A stretch of 47,496 nucleotides of DNA from Candidatus Woesearchaeota archaeon (GTDB lineage Archaea; Nanobdellota; Nanobdellia; Pacearchaeales; GW2011-AR1). Shown here one piece after another: positions 9,368 to 18,807 of this stretch. The notes below the pieces were generated by a model. That model was not told the origin of the DNA, searched no databases, and worked only from the letters and a program-made list of their open reading frames with translations. The DNA lies in the NCBI GenBank assembly GCA_964423055.1, contig CAYRCZ010000004.1:1491-48986 (forward strand), given 5' to 3'. Made by a program: the position numbers and the translations under genes. Every line of letters starts with the position of its first letter. Within the stretch, counting starts at the first letter, position 1.

Positions 9368-10544
9368 AGCTTTTAGTTTACAGTTTTTTAAGGAACTTGG
9401 GGCTAAGGTAAATGAAGCTACTGACTACTTAGAGGTAAGCGAAGTACCAGTTAAATTTCAAAAATTTTACGGGAAAAATGAGCCTTACAGGATAGTTTTT
9501 GATAAGGCTTTTGCAACAACTGGAGAATTAGTTGCTCCTGAAAGTTATTTATTAAAAATGATGAAAGCATATTTAGATAATTCTGGTGACGCTGTTTTAA
9601 CTTCGTTAAACTATAAAATAAATGTAGATTCTTTTATTAAAGAAAAATTGAAGTTGCATAATTGTTCTGTTGTAAAGGCTACTGCAGATACAGTTCATAA
9701 TTTCATGTTTAAATTTACATTCCAAACTACTTACAAATATCTTAATGAAGAAGAGAAATTGATAAATGAAGTTTTTGTTGATGAGGGGTTAATTGTTAAT
9801 CCTGATTTAAGCAAGTTTACCGTTTCTAATACTAATAAAAAAGATATAGATATTACTGAATTAAGAGATTATTATTCTATTGCTAAAGATCATATTAAAG
9901 ATTCAGTAAATGAAAAAACATCTTCAATAGCCTCAACTTTAGATTCTAGTCTTTCAAAAGAAATTTCAAGAATTAATTTATATTATGAACAGCAAATTAA
10001 GGAAATAGATGAACAAATTGCGAGGATTAATTCTGGTGCTCTAAAGTCTAAAGACCCTATTGAACTTGAAAGGCAGAAAATTCAGTTTGCTAACGAAAAA
10101 GAACTATTTATTCAAAATGAACAGAAGAAACATGCTTTAAGGCTCAATACCAAACTAATCACAACTACAATTGTAGATTATCCTATTTATTCTATAGAAG
10201 CTTTCTTTAAATCTAACGCCGGAGTAACTAGGCTAGCGGTCATAAAATTTGATCCTTTGAAAAATAAAGTTGATCTTCCTACTTGCGATTTATGTAAGGC
10301 TTCATTAAGTGAAATAATCTTATGTAATGGGAATCACCTTGTTTGTAGAAATTGTGGGACTAGATGTGAAGATTGTAATGAAGTATCTTGTGAAACTTGT
10401 CTTAGGCATCAATGCGCAGTAACTAAGAGAAGAATATGCAAGCAATGTGGAAGAACATGCATAAAATGTAAACAGTTTAAGAATAAACGCTTTATGATAG
10501 CAGATTCAAGTGGAAGAAGTTTTGTTTGTAAGAATTGTTATTAG
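9354..10544 (+). CDS. Uncharacterised protein with a central coiled coil and a C-terminal Cys-rich multi-zinc-ribbon domain, coupled to the SNF2 helicase.
   Basis: ATG at 9354 overlaps the SNF2 stop by 14 nt. The last ~90 aa contain at least six CxxC pairs (CDLC, CRNC, CEDC, CETC, CKQC, CIKC, CKNC). Confidence 0.6.
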   Translation: MDQLRAFSLQFFKELGAKVNEATDYLEVSEVPVKFQKFYGKNEPYRIVFDKAFATTGELVAPESYLLKMMKAYLDNSGDAVLTSLNYKINVDSFIKEKLKLHNCSVVKATADTVHNFMFKFTFQTTYKYLNEEEKLINEVFVDEGLIVNPDLSKFTVSNTNKKDIDITELRDYYSIAKDHIKDSVNEKTSSIASTLDSSLSKEISRINLYYEQQIKEIDEQIARINSGALKSKDPIELERQKIQFANEKELFIQNEQKKHALRLNTKLITTTIVDYPIYSIEAFFKSNAGVTRLAVIKFDPLKNKVDLPTCDLCKASLSEIILCNGNHLVCRNCGTRCEDCNEVSCETCLRHQCAVTKRRICKQCGRTCIKCKQFKNKRFMIADSSGRSFVCKNCY

Positions 10545-11110
10545 AAATCTTTCTTTTTCTTTAAGTAGTTTAGTAATTCGCTACTAATTCTTGGTTTTCC
10601 CTCTACTAAAGGGTAATAATAAGGTAATTCAATTGACTCTATGTCATTTATTTTAACTGTTAGTTTATTTTGAAAACTCATGTCTTTCATCGAACCACCA
10701 TTCAATATATTTTTTAGAACATAAACTGCATTATCTGTACTAAATTGTTTTTTACCCATATTTCTTGCTTCTGCATTGCTTAGTTTCTTTGTTATTTCCA
10801 CTTTAGTTCTTTTTTTTGGAGGGTAATCTCCTAAAATTCCTCCAATTATGAAATATTTGAATTTCTTTGAATCTTCATAGTCTATTGTTTTTTTAGCATC
10901 AGGATCAAGAACGCATGCATTAACTAACTCCATGTCTAGAACTGATTTTTTGAAGACTTTTCCTAACCTATTTAGCTTTTGACCACCATCTTTAATATTT
11001 GTGAACCATAATTCAGATTTACTAAACATTTTAGATATATTTTCATATTCTATTATGCACCAAGGCCATAATTTAGGTTCTAAATGTTCTATGATAATTA
11101 TTTGTTTCAT
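10541..11110 (-). CDS. DUF431 SPOUT-fold SAM-dependent methyltransferase (yeast Sfm1-like).
   Basis: IIEHLE N-terminus, CVLDPDA...KFKYFIIGGILGDYPPKKRTK, FSTDNAV and LVEGKPRIS resemble my recollection of Sfm1/DUF431. Confidence 0.7.
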   Translation of the reverse strand: MKQIIIIEHLEPKLWPWCIIEYENISKMFSKSELWFTNIKDGGQKLNRLGKVFKKSVLDMELVNACVLDPDAKKTIDYEDSKKFKYFIIGGILGDYPPKKRTKVEITKKLSNAEARNMGKKQFSTDNAVYVLKNILNGGSMKDMSFQNKLTVKINDIESIELPYYYPLVEGKPRISSELLNYLKKKKDF

Positions 11111-11118
11111 TATAAGAA

Positions 11119-11202
11119 CTGAGCAAAGTTTATATTGAGTTGATTGAAATCAACATACATAAACTTTACTATCTGAGCAAAGTTTATATATAAAGTTTAT
11201 AT
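11119..11202. promoter_or_regulatory. Divergent promoter region with a duplicated 17-nt unit and three aaagtttatat BRE/TATA-like boxes.
   Basis: ctgagcaaagtttatat occurs at 11119-11135 and 11173-11189. A third aaagtttatat lies at 11192-11202. Hairpin gttgat-tgaa-atcaac lies between the copies. Confidence 0.6.
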
Positions 11203-11219
11203 CTTCATAGGGAAAGAGC

Positions 11220-11723
11220 ATGGCTGAAAAGGATGTAATTCTAAAGGAGAAGATAAAGTATTCTGGATATGGTAAGTTTGCCGATGCTTACTCATACGCT
11301 CACGATTGGCTTAAGCAGGAAGGTTATGGGGTTGTTGAAGAACAATATACGGAGAAAGTTAAGGGTAGTTCTAAAGATATAGAAGTTTCCTGGGCAGCTA
11401 CTAAACAGATTACGGATTATTTTAAGATCGAATTAAATCTTAAGTGGAGAGTTCTTGGTTTAGAAGATGTTGAAGTAGAAATAGATGGTAAAAAGAAGAA
11501 AATGAACAAATTTATGGAAATAGGTATAGAGATTAAGGGCACTTTAATAAAAGATTACAAAAATGAATGGAATAAATCTCCAACTACTAAGTTTTTCAAG
11601 GAACTTTATAACAAGTTCGTAATTCCTTCAAGAACTGAGCAGATGAAAGACAGGGTTGAAAGTGTAGTTCAAGGATTTAAAGAAGAGATGAAAGCCTTAT
11701 TTGAACTAACTGGAAAGAAGTAG
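11220..11723 (+). CDS. Hypothetical soluble protein (167 aa).
   Basis: ATG about 20-25 nt downstream of aaagtttatat TATA. Lys/Glu-rich with no recognised motif. Confidence 0.55.
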   Translation: MAEKDVILKEKIKYSGYGKFADAYSYAHDWLKQEGYGVVEEQYTEKVKGSSKDIEVSWAATKQITDYFKIELNLKWRVLGLEDVEVEIDGKKKKMNKFMEIGIEIKGTLIKDYKNEWNKSPTTKFFKELYNKFVIPSRTEQMKDRVESVVQGFKEEMKALFELTGKK

Positions 11724-11768
11724 TTGATGTGCAATAATCTTTAAATAGAAAAAACTATCAACGTGTTG

Positions 11769-13136
11769 ATGAACTTAAAGATTTTTGTGTTGATAGTTGT
11801 TTTACTTACTTCTTTTGTTAGTTCTGCAGATCTTAGCGTTGATATTTTAGAGAAAAGTGAAATCATAATTACTGAATTGGATAAGTCAAATGCAACCTTC
11901 AAAATGGAAATTACAAATAATGGAGATACAGATTATTTCCAGATTTACTCTCTTGTAAGTGTTTCAATGTATCCTAAGGAAAAATTTAGGATTGGTAGTG
12001 GTGAGACAATCACGCTTGATGTTACTGCAGCCCCATTTGAAAATATTCTAAGAGAAAGAAGGGGAATTTACGCTTTCGAATATCAAATAAAGGGAGATAA
12101 TACTGGTTTCTTTAAGGAAGCTTTAGCAGTTAGATTATTTGATGTCAAAGACGCAGTTATGGTTTCTATAGAAGACATTCCTTTGAATAAAACTGAGGTT
12201 GAAATGGTAATTAAAAATAAGGAAGATGTTACGATCCCTGGACTCAAGATAGTTGCAAAATCTAATTTCTTTGAATTTTCAGATACATTCGATTTAAATA
12301 AAAAAGAAAGTAAGGTGTTTTCCATACCAATAATTCTTGAAGATAAGATTTCAGCAGGAGATTATGAAGCTGAAATTCTTTATGAGCTTAATGGCATAAA
12401 GTCTTCAGTAACTTTACCTGTAAGATATCTTGAGGCTTCTGGAATATCAGTTTATGAATCTACAAGTGGTTTTATTGTTAAAAAAACAAACATTACTAAG
12501 TCGAATGAGGGAAACGTTCCTGCTGTTGCATCAATTCAAGTTCGTAAAAATATTTTGACTAGATTATTTACTGTATATTCTGATAGGCCTGCGACTTCAG
12601 AGAGAAGCGGGATATTTGTCGATTATACCTGGGAAGAAGAGATAGGGGTTGGAGAGTCTTACACTGTAAATGTAACGACTAATTACACCTTCCCCTTCAT
12701 AATCATTTTATTGATTGTAATTGTTGGTTTCTTTGCAAAGTTTGTTGCTACAAAGAAACTTTCAGTTCACAAGGGTGTTGCACTTGTAAGGACTAAGGGT
12801 GGAGAACTTGCTTTGAAGGTTAACCTAAGAGTTAAATCAAAAGGGAATGTTAAACATGTTATAATTTCAGATAGAATCCCTGGACATGCTAAACTATTCA
12901 ATAAATTTGGAATTCCTCCTCATAGAATTGACGAACATGCAAGAAAGATAGAATGGGATATTCCTCAGATGAACGCAGGAGAAGAAAGGGTATTTTCATA
13001 TGTTATCTATTCAAAGATAAACATCGTAGGTAGTTTTGAACTTGCAGCAGCTACTGCTTCATTTGAACATGAAGGTAAGAGAGAACATGTTTTATCAAAT
13101 AGAACACATTTCGCTGCTGAAACTAGCGAAAATTAA
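11769..13136 (+). CDS. Membrane protein with N-terminal signal/anchor, beta-sandwich (CARDB/DUF11-like) repeats, one internal TM helix and a C-terminal beta domain.
   Basis: The track ORF starts at GTG 11763. ATG at 11769 lies about 25 nt after ctttaaatag. Hydrophobic N-terminus and TM helix FPFIIILLIVIVGFFAKFVA. Confidence 0.6.
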   Translation: MNLKIFVLIVVLLTSFVSSADLSVDILEKSEIIITELDKSNATFKMEITNNGDTDYFQIYSLVSVSMYPKEKFRIGSGETITLDVTAAPFENILRERRGIYAFEYQIKGDNTGFFKEALAVRLFDVKDAVMVSIEDIPLNKTEVEMVIKNKEDVTIPGLKIVAKSNFFEFSDTFDLNKKESKVFSIPIILEDKISAGDYEAEILYELNGIKSSVTLPVRYLEASGISVYESTSGFIVKKTNITKSNEGNVPAVASIQVRKNILTRLFTVYSDRPATSERSGIFVDYTWEEEIGVGESYTVNVTTNYTFPFIIILLIVIVGFFAKFVATKKLSVHKGVALVRTKGGELALKVNLRVKSKGNVKHVIISDRIPGHAKLFNKFGIPPHRIDEHARKIEWDIPQMNAGEERVFSYVIYSKINIVGSFELAAATASFEHEGKREHVLSNRTHFAAETSEN

Positions 13137-13148
13137 TTTATTTTTAAA

Positions 13149-13385
13149 ATGCTTACTCCAAGACAAGAGATGATCTATTCTTTATTGCCTAATGGAATAT
13201 CTATTAGTGAAGAAATGTGGAGAGAAGCATATAGGTCTCGAGTAGGTTCGAGAGCTTTTAATAATTCTATTTTTTCTTTTGAAGTACAGGCGTTATTAAG
13301 ACAAGGATTTGTATTTTATGATGCATCTGAGGTGGATGTAAATGGGTTAAGAATATGTGTTTTTAATTATAAAAGATCTAGATAA
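13149..13385 (+). CDS. Hypothetical small protein (78 aa).
   Basis: ATG ORF 12 nt after the upstream stop, with no recognised motif. Confidence 0.4.
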   Translation: MLTPRQEMIYSLLPNGISISEEMWREAYRSRVGSRAFNNSIFSFEVQALLRQGFVFYDASEVDVNGLRICVFNYKRSR

Positions 13386-13395
13386 AAAACTGTAA

Positions 13396-13466
13396 TGGAC
13401 CCATCGAGAATTGAACTCGAGTCTCACCCATGCCATGGGCGTATAATACCACTATAATATGGGCCC
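13396..13466 (-). tRNA. tRNA-Ala (anticodon GGC).
   Basis: Reverse complement reads GGGCCCA...CGCCC-ATGGCAT-GGGTG...TCGAG-TTCAATT-CTCGA-TGGGTCC-A. G3:U70 identity pair is present. No encoded CCA. The D stem is AT-rich and weak. Confidence 0.85.
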
Positions 13467-13516
13467 CTAACTTGGATTTGAATTTAATTATTGTATATAA
13501 AACTTAACTTGTTTGT

Positions 13517-13891
13517 TTATTCTTCAGCAGGTAATTGACAACCTGTAAATGTTGCTAATTGTTGGAGAGAAAGTTCTCCAGATAATTGTCTATCGTCTCC
13601 AAATATCCATGTTGGGTAACTCTTTATTCCTGCAGCATTACATGCTGTTGTTTGTTGGTTGCTACCAGGAGTTGCACATTCTATATAATTTATATTGTCC
13701 CAACTTGAACCAAATATTTTCTTTTGAGCTTGACAATGAGGGCACCAATATGCTCCATACATCTTAGTTCCTGAATCTGTTATGCATTGAGCGAAATCTT
13801 CATATTTACTTGATCCTGAAGAAGATAAGATTATTACCAATGTAACTACAACAGCTATTGTTCCAATTCCCCACCAAAATGTTTTTTTCAT
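13517..13891 (-). CDS. Membrane-anchored thioredoxin-fold thiol-disulfide oxidoreductase (VKOR-associated Trx-domain type).
   Basis: N-terminal TM helix, YGAYWCPHCQAQKK (CxxC) and additional Cys pairs. Confidence 0.75.
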   Translation of the reverse strand: MKKTFWWGIGTIAVVVTLVIILSSSGSSKYEDFAQCITDSGTKMYGAYWCPHCQAQKKIFGSSWDNINYIECATPGSNQQTTACNAAGIKSYPTWIFGDDRQLSGELSLQQLATFTGCQLPAEE

Positions 13892-13922
13892 TAAATCTTA
13901 GAAATATTTGAGATATATAAAA

Positions 13923-14204
13923 TTAACTCAAAATTCCAAAAGTAGGTTTCTTGTTACCTAGAGCCATTACTAAATCTTTAGACTCATATAATCCTCTGGT
14001 GTCTGGGTCTTCTCTTTTTAACCCATCTAAGATCATTGAATATACAAGGTTTACAGCTCTTGCTCTTGGTATCGAACTAGCAGCTATTTCAGCTATTTCT
14101 TTTTCATAAAGTCTTATTTTTTGTTCTCTTGTAAGTTCGCGTAAAAATGGTTGTGGTTGATATGTGCTGTCAAATTGAGCTAATATCTTTCTAAATTCTT
14201 CCAT
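13923..14204 (-). CDS. Hypothetical small protein (93 aa).
   Basis: ATG ORF with its own AT-rich upstream region. No recognised motif. Confidence 0.45.
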   Translation of the reverse strand: MEEFRKILAQFDSTYQPQPFLRELTREQKIRLYEKEIAEIAASSIPRARAVNLVYSMILDGLKREDPDTRGLYESKDLVMALGNKKPTFGILS

Positions 14205-14244
14205 AGTTTTATCATAAAACTTGGGTTTAAAGCCTTTTGCCCTC

Positions 14245-14493
14245 TTAAAATTTGTAGTTTCTTCTAATGTTTAGTTTTTCTAATTCGGCTTCTATTGCTA
14301 CTAATTCATTTTCTGATTCTCTGCAATCTGTTTGAATTGCTCTTTGCCAAACTACGACTAGTTCTTGTTTGATTCTTTCCGCATCTCTTATTTCTTCATC
14401 TGTCGCCTTACTATTAGTTCTATGGCCATACTTAAGGTCAAAACTCTCATGCATATCTCTTAATCTTCTCAATTCATTTGTATAGTCAACCAT
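14245..14493 (-). CDS. Hypothetical small helical protein (82 aa).
   Basis: ATG ORF, charged and coiled-coil-like. No recognised motif. Confidence 0.45.
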   Translation of the reverse strand: MVDYTNELRRLRDMHESFDLKYGHRTNSKATDEEIRDAERIKQELVVVWQRAIQTDCRESENELVAIEAELEKLNIRRNYKF

Positions 14494-14562
14494 GGGGAAT
14501 TGACTTAATTTTAAGGGTTTTTAAAGCTACTTGAATTTTGATCTCGAAGTTCGTATTAGAAA

Positions 14563-14808
14563 TTAATGTTCTGGAGAATACATTCTCTGTCTAGCAAGTT
14601 CTTCTAATAATTCTACATTTTGCTCAACCATTCCTACATATTCTCTATGGCCTTTCAGTCTTGTATCTATAGCTAATAAATTTCTTACTTCTCCACATAC
14701 ATCTATTACTTTTTGAGGGTCTGTTGTAGTTAATACAGAACATCCACTAAGTCTTGTCGAATAATCTCTTGTAGCATAAACAAAATCTTGGTTGTGTGTC
14801 ATATTCAT
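14563..14808 (-). CDS. Hypothetical small protein (81 aa).
   Basis: ATG ORF, divergent from the thermosome gene. No recognised motif. Confidence 0.45.
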   Translation of the reverse strand: MNMTHNQDFVYATRDYSTRLSGCSVLTTTDPQKVIDVCGEVRNLLAIDTRLKGHREYVGMVEQNVELLEELARQRMYSPEH

Positions 14809-14889
14809 TCATAGTTTGACTTATTTTTAAACATTACTTTAGTGGAGAATCACAATAATCTTTAAAATCTAGTTTTGAAGGGAGTTTAC

Positions 14890-16491
14890 ATGAGCGATAA
14901 ACAACCAGTCTATATTCTGCCTGAAAATGTGTCTAGAACTATTGGAAAGGATGCTCAGCGTAACAATATTTTGGCTGCTAAGATAATTGCTGAGATTGTT
15001 AAGACTACTCTAGGTCCTAAGGGGATGGATAAAATGTTAGTGGACTCTGCAGGAAATATTATAGTTACTAATGATGGGGTTACGATACTTGAAGAAATTC
15101 AGTTGGATCACCCTGCAGCTAAGATGATTGCTGAAATTGCGAAGACTCAAGAAAGTGAAGTAGGGGACGGAACAACTACAGTTGTAATGCTTGCCGGAAA
15201 ATTACTTGAAAATGCTGAAAGATTGTTAGATAAGAAAATACATCCTACTGTAATAATAAAAGGATATAAATTGGCTGCTGAGAAGGCTAAAAATATTCTT
15301 AATGAAATATCTATTCCTGCAGATAGTAAACAAGTTTTGAAACAAATTGCTATGACTGCTATGACTGGAAAGGGTGCTGAAAGTAATAGGGATCAATTAG
15401 CAGATATAATTGTTTCAGCAATTGAACAAGTTGGAGAAGGTAAAAAAGTTGACCTTGATTCTATTAAAATTGTTAAACAAAAAGGAAATTCTATAGAAGA
15501 TAGCGAGTTAGTTCATGGAATTGCTTTGGATAAGGAAGCTGCCAATGAATTTATGCCTAAAAAAATTGACAATGCCTCTATTTTAGTTATTGATTTTGCT
15601 TTAGAATTAAGAAGTCCTGAAACTGAGACAAAGATTTCAGTTTCTACTCCAGAACAGCTTCAAAATTTTATTGCTTCTGAAGAATTGGCTCTTAGGGAGA
15701 TGACTAATAAGATAATTAATTCCGGGGCTAAAGTTGTATTTTGTCAAAAAGGAATTGATGATGTTGCCCAGTATTTCTTATCTAAAGCTGGAATAATGGC
15801 TTATAGAAGAGTTGCTAAATCAGATATTGAGAAGATATCAAGAGCTACTTCTGGAAGAATCGTTTCAAGTATACAAGAAATAAAGAAAGAAGATTTGGGT
15901 TTTGCGTCTATCGTAGAACAAGTTAAGAAAGGAGACGAAGTAATGACTTATGTTAGAGGTTGTAAAAATCCTAAAGCAGTTACTATTCTTTTATGTGGTA
16001 GCACAGAACATGTTTTAGATGAAGTTGAAAGAGCGGTTAAAGATGGGTTAGGAGATGTTAGTAGTGCGGTTAAAGATGGAAGAGTTGTTTCTGGCGGTGG
16101 AGCTGTTGAAATGGAACTAGCTAAGAGATTAAGGCAATATGCTCGTACTCTTGGTGGACGGGAACAACTTGCAATAGATGAATTTGCTAGCGCTTTAGAA
16201 TATATTCCTGAAACTTTAGCAGAAAACGCTGGACTTGATCCGGTGAATATAATGACTGAATTAAAACAGAAACATGAATCTGGGAACTCCAGAGATGGGA
16301 TTAATTTATTTGTGAATAAGGTTGAAGATTGTCTCGCTGCAGGCATTGTTGAGCCTGTAAGGGTCAAATTACAGGCAGTTGCATCTGCTTCCGAAGTTGC
16401 TACAATGATTTTAAGGATAGATGATGTTTTAGCTGCTTCTGGATCAAGAACTCCAAATATTAAGTCAAATCCTTATGATGGATTGGACTGA
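14890..16491 (+). CDS. ths: Thermosome subunit (group II chaperonin).
   Basis: [24 protein letters not shown] and VSGGGAVE. The track start 14875 is TTG. ATG at 14890 follows a gggag SD-like element. Confidence 0.95.
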   Translation: MSDKQPVYILPENVSRTIGKDAQRNNILAAKIIAEIVKTTLGPKGMDKMLVDSAGNIIVTNDGVTILEEIQLDHPAAKMIAEIAKTQESEVGDGTTTVVMLAGKLLENAERLLDKKIHPTVIIKGYKLAAEKAKNILNEISIPADSKQVLKQIAMTAMTGKGAESNRDQLADIIVSAIEQVGEGKKVDLDSIKIVKQKGNSIEDSELVHGIALDKEAANEFMPKKIDNASILVIDFALELRSPETETKISVSTPEQLQNFIASEELALREMTNKIINSGAKVVFCQKGIDDVAQYFLSKAGIMAYRRVAKSDIEKISRATSGRIVSSIQEIKKEDLGFASIVEQVKKGDEVMTYVRGCKNPKAVTILLCGSTEHVLDEVERAVKDGLGDVSSAVKDGRVVSGGGAVEMELAKRLRQYARTLGGREQLAIDEFASALEYIPETLAENAGLDPVNIMTELKQKHESGNSRDGINLFVNKVEDCLAAGIVEPVRVKLQAVASASEVATMILRIDDVLAASGSRTPNIKSNPYDGLD

Positions 16492-16686
16492 TTAAACTCC
16501 GAAATGTTTCTTTATAGCTCTTTTATTTATCCACCATAAAAGAACTGCTGGTAAAATAAAAATCCAATGCATAAATAATGCCATTACTACAAATATTAGG
16601 GCAGCAATTGCGGTAAAAACAATTTTTGGATGAGTTTTCCTCTTTGGGGTCTCTTTTTTTACTTGTTTCTTTGCCACCTTCTTCAT
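16492..16686 (-). CDS. Small membrane protein (64 aa) with basic N-terminus.
   Basis: ATG ORF with two hydrophobic helices. Its stop abuts the thermosome stop. Confidence 0.45.
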   Translation of the reverse strand: MKKVAKKQVKKETPKRKTHPKIVFTAIAALIFVVMALFMHWIFILPAVLLWWINKRAIKKHFGV

Positions 16687-16736
16687 ATTTTATTTTAGTA
16701 AATCGGGTTTAAATAGGTGTTGGATTTCGATAGTTT

Positions 16737-17573
16737 ATGTGGGAATATATTTTAGGGTTATTTGCTTTTTTAAGAGCATTAACTGGAATTAGGTTTTTCT
16801 TAATAAAAAGACGTTATTCAGGAACTATTGAAATTTTTCCAGAAGCTAAACCATTCTTTAAGAAAGCTAAGGGAAATGCAGTTGCTTTGTTAATTCATGG
16901 GTTTACATCTAGCCCTAGAGAGTTTCGAGATTTGGCTGACTACTTATATGAAAAAGGTATAAGCTCTTATGCTCCATTACTTCCAGGACATGGGACTTCT
17001 CCTGAAAGGTTAACTTTGATTAAAAGTTATCAATGGATTGAATCAGTTTCAGAAAATATAGATCTTCTTGCAAGAGATTATTCTGAAATATACCTTGTTG
17101 GAAGTTCTTTTGGAGGTAACCTTGCACTTTTATCTTCAAACCATTCTAGTAAAATTAAAGGGATTGTTACTTTAGGCACTCCAATATTTTTTAGAAGACA
17201 TAATTTGAATAAATATCTTATATTTCCAGTTCTTAGAAGGGTAAAATTGTTTCAGAGAAAACCTAAGAGGGTAAGAGATTTCATAGATACTCATAACGGA
17301 TCATATAAGGTAATTCCATTAAAAGCAGCTTACGAAATGTCTAAAGTAATGGAATTATCAAAAAACTATGTTTCTAATGTAGTTAAACCAGTTTTAGTAA
17401 TTCATGTAAAAAACGATTCAGTTATCTCCGAAGATAGTCACAAATTTATTCTAAATAATCTTTCTTCTAAAGGCAACAGGGAATATGAGGTTCCTGAATC
17501 TAATCATGTTGCTTTACTTGGAAAATATTCAGAATTAGTAAATAAAGAAATATCCAATTTTATTAATAATTAG
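16737..17573 (+). CDS. Alpha/beta hydrolase (carboxylesterase/monoacylglycerol-lipase-like).
   Basis: HGFTSSP oxyanion region, GSSFGG nucleophile elbow, and late D and H (NDSV, SNHV). Confidence 0.8.
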   Translation: MWEYILGLFAFLRALTGIRFFLIKRRYSGTIEIFPEAKPFFKKAKGNAVALLIHGFTSSPREFRDLADYLYEKGISSYAPLLPGHGTSPERLTLIKSYQWIESVSENIDLLARDYSEIYLVGSSFGGNLALLSSNHSSKIKGIVTLGTPIFFRRHNLNKYLIFPVLRRVKLFQRKPKRVRDFIDTHNGSYKVIPLKAAYEMSKVMELSKNYVSNVVKPVLVIHVKNDSVISEDSHKFILNNLSSKGNREYEVPESNHVALLGKYSELVNKEISNFINN

Positions 17574-18151
17574 AGCACTTCTATTCTGTTTTTACCTTTC
17601 TTCTTTGCTTGGTATACTGCCTTATCTGCTCTCAATTGCATTTTTTTAACGCTATCTCCTTTCTTATATTCAGTTAGGCCTCCTGAAAAAGTTACTAAAT
17701 ATTTTTTTAATTCTCTATCGTTTTGAACTTCCCTTCTCATTCTTTCACATACTAACTTAGCTCTCTTTACTTGAGTATTTGGTAGTAAAACTACAAATTC
17801 TTCTCCTCCGAATCTAGAGATTATATCATACTTTCTAGTGTTGTTTTTTAATACGAAAGCTAACCTCTTTAGAATATCGTCTCCAATTAAATGCCCGTAA
17901 GTATCATTTAATTTCTTGAAATTGTCTAAATCTAAAATCATTAAACTTAATGGCCCTATTTTTCTTTTTGCTTTATCTAATTCCATTTCAGAAATTGTTT
18001 TGAAAAATTTATTATTGTATACTCCTGTTTTTTCATCTATTGTAGCTAATTCATATAATAAATCAATATTACTTTCTAGTTGTTTTAGAATTATAGATAA
18101 GTTATTTTTTACTTTTGGATCTAAGACTTTCAACTTCTCTTTTAAGTTCAT
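17570..18151 (-). CDS. GGDEF-domain diguanylate cyclase with short N-terminal coiled coil.
   Basis: GVYNNKFF, ILDLDNFKKLNDTYGHLIGD, RKYD (RxxD I-site) five residues before RFGGEEFVVLL, and ADKAVYQAKKKGKNR. Confidence 0.85.
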   Translation of the reverse strand: MNLKEKLKVLDPKVKNNLSIILKQLESNIDLLYELATIDEKTGVYNNKFFKTISEMELDKAKRKIGPLSLMILDLDNFKKLNDTYGHLIGDDILKRLAFVLKNNTRKYDIISRFGGEEFVVLLPNTQVKRAKLVCERMRREVQNDRELKKYLVTFSGGLTEYKKGDSVKKMQLRADKAVYQAKKKGKNRIEVL

Positions 18152-18189
18152 ATATTGACTAATTGCTTTTATTATTTAAGCTTGATGAA

Positions 18190-18678
18190 TTAATAGATAA
18201 CTGCGATAGTTTTTGAAACTATATCTGAAAATCTTATCTTTTCATCTGCGTATTTGTTATTGTCTCCTTTAGTGATAAAGTATGTTCCAAGTTCGTCAGA
18301 CCCAATACTTACAACTCTATGGACTATTATTTTGTCTTCAAACTTAAATGAAATTATATCTCCAACTTTAATGTCTTTTTCGCTTTTTGGAACAAATTTT
18401 ATTCCGTTTGATCCTGCATCAAGAACTGGTAACATGCTATTGGTATCAGCATAGCTACTCATTGAGGGATTATCAATTAGTATTACAACTCTATCCTTGT
18501 AGAGTTTAATATTATCTTCTTGTATATAATCTGAAGGGGAAGCTTCTTCATAACTATTTGATGAAAGAGGGAACTCAGTTAGAGTCTCTTTATTTGAGAT
18601 AATTCCTGAAATAAAGCCTAAGCTAAAGACAAGGCATAACTCTATGCCTAACAATAACCATAATATTTTGTTTGCCAT
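18190..18678 (-). CDS. Signal peptidase I, archaeal/ER type (S26B).
   Basis: N-terminal TM helix, SMLPVL (Ser box), IVHRVV (His box) and KGDNN. The track start 18687 is GTG; ATG is at 18678. Confidence 0.8.
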   Translation of the reverse strand: MANKILWLLLGIELCLVFSLGFISGIISNKETLTEFPLSSNSYEEASPSDYIQEDNIKLYKDRVVILIDNPSMSSYADTNSMLPVLDAGSNGIKFVPKSEKDIKVGDIISFKFEDKIIVHRVVSIGSDELGTYFITKGDNNKYADEKIRFSDIVSKTIAVIY

Positions 18679-18807
18679 TTTATTCACTTATAAGTAGGGT
18701 CATTTGGGTATTTAAATCTTACTTATTGTAATTATTATATAGTGACTACATAACTCTATTATGTGTTTTTCAAAAGCCTTAAATACTGTTACTTTTGAGT
18801 TAAAGTT

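Noticed and set aside
14875-14889. Upstream TTG start for the thermosome, and similar non-ATG track starts at 635, 11763, 18687, 32043, 37069 and 41992.
   Set aside because: In each case an in-frame ATG a few codons downstream has better TATA spacing or an SD-like element, and it begins the conserved sequence.
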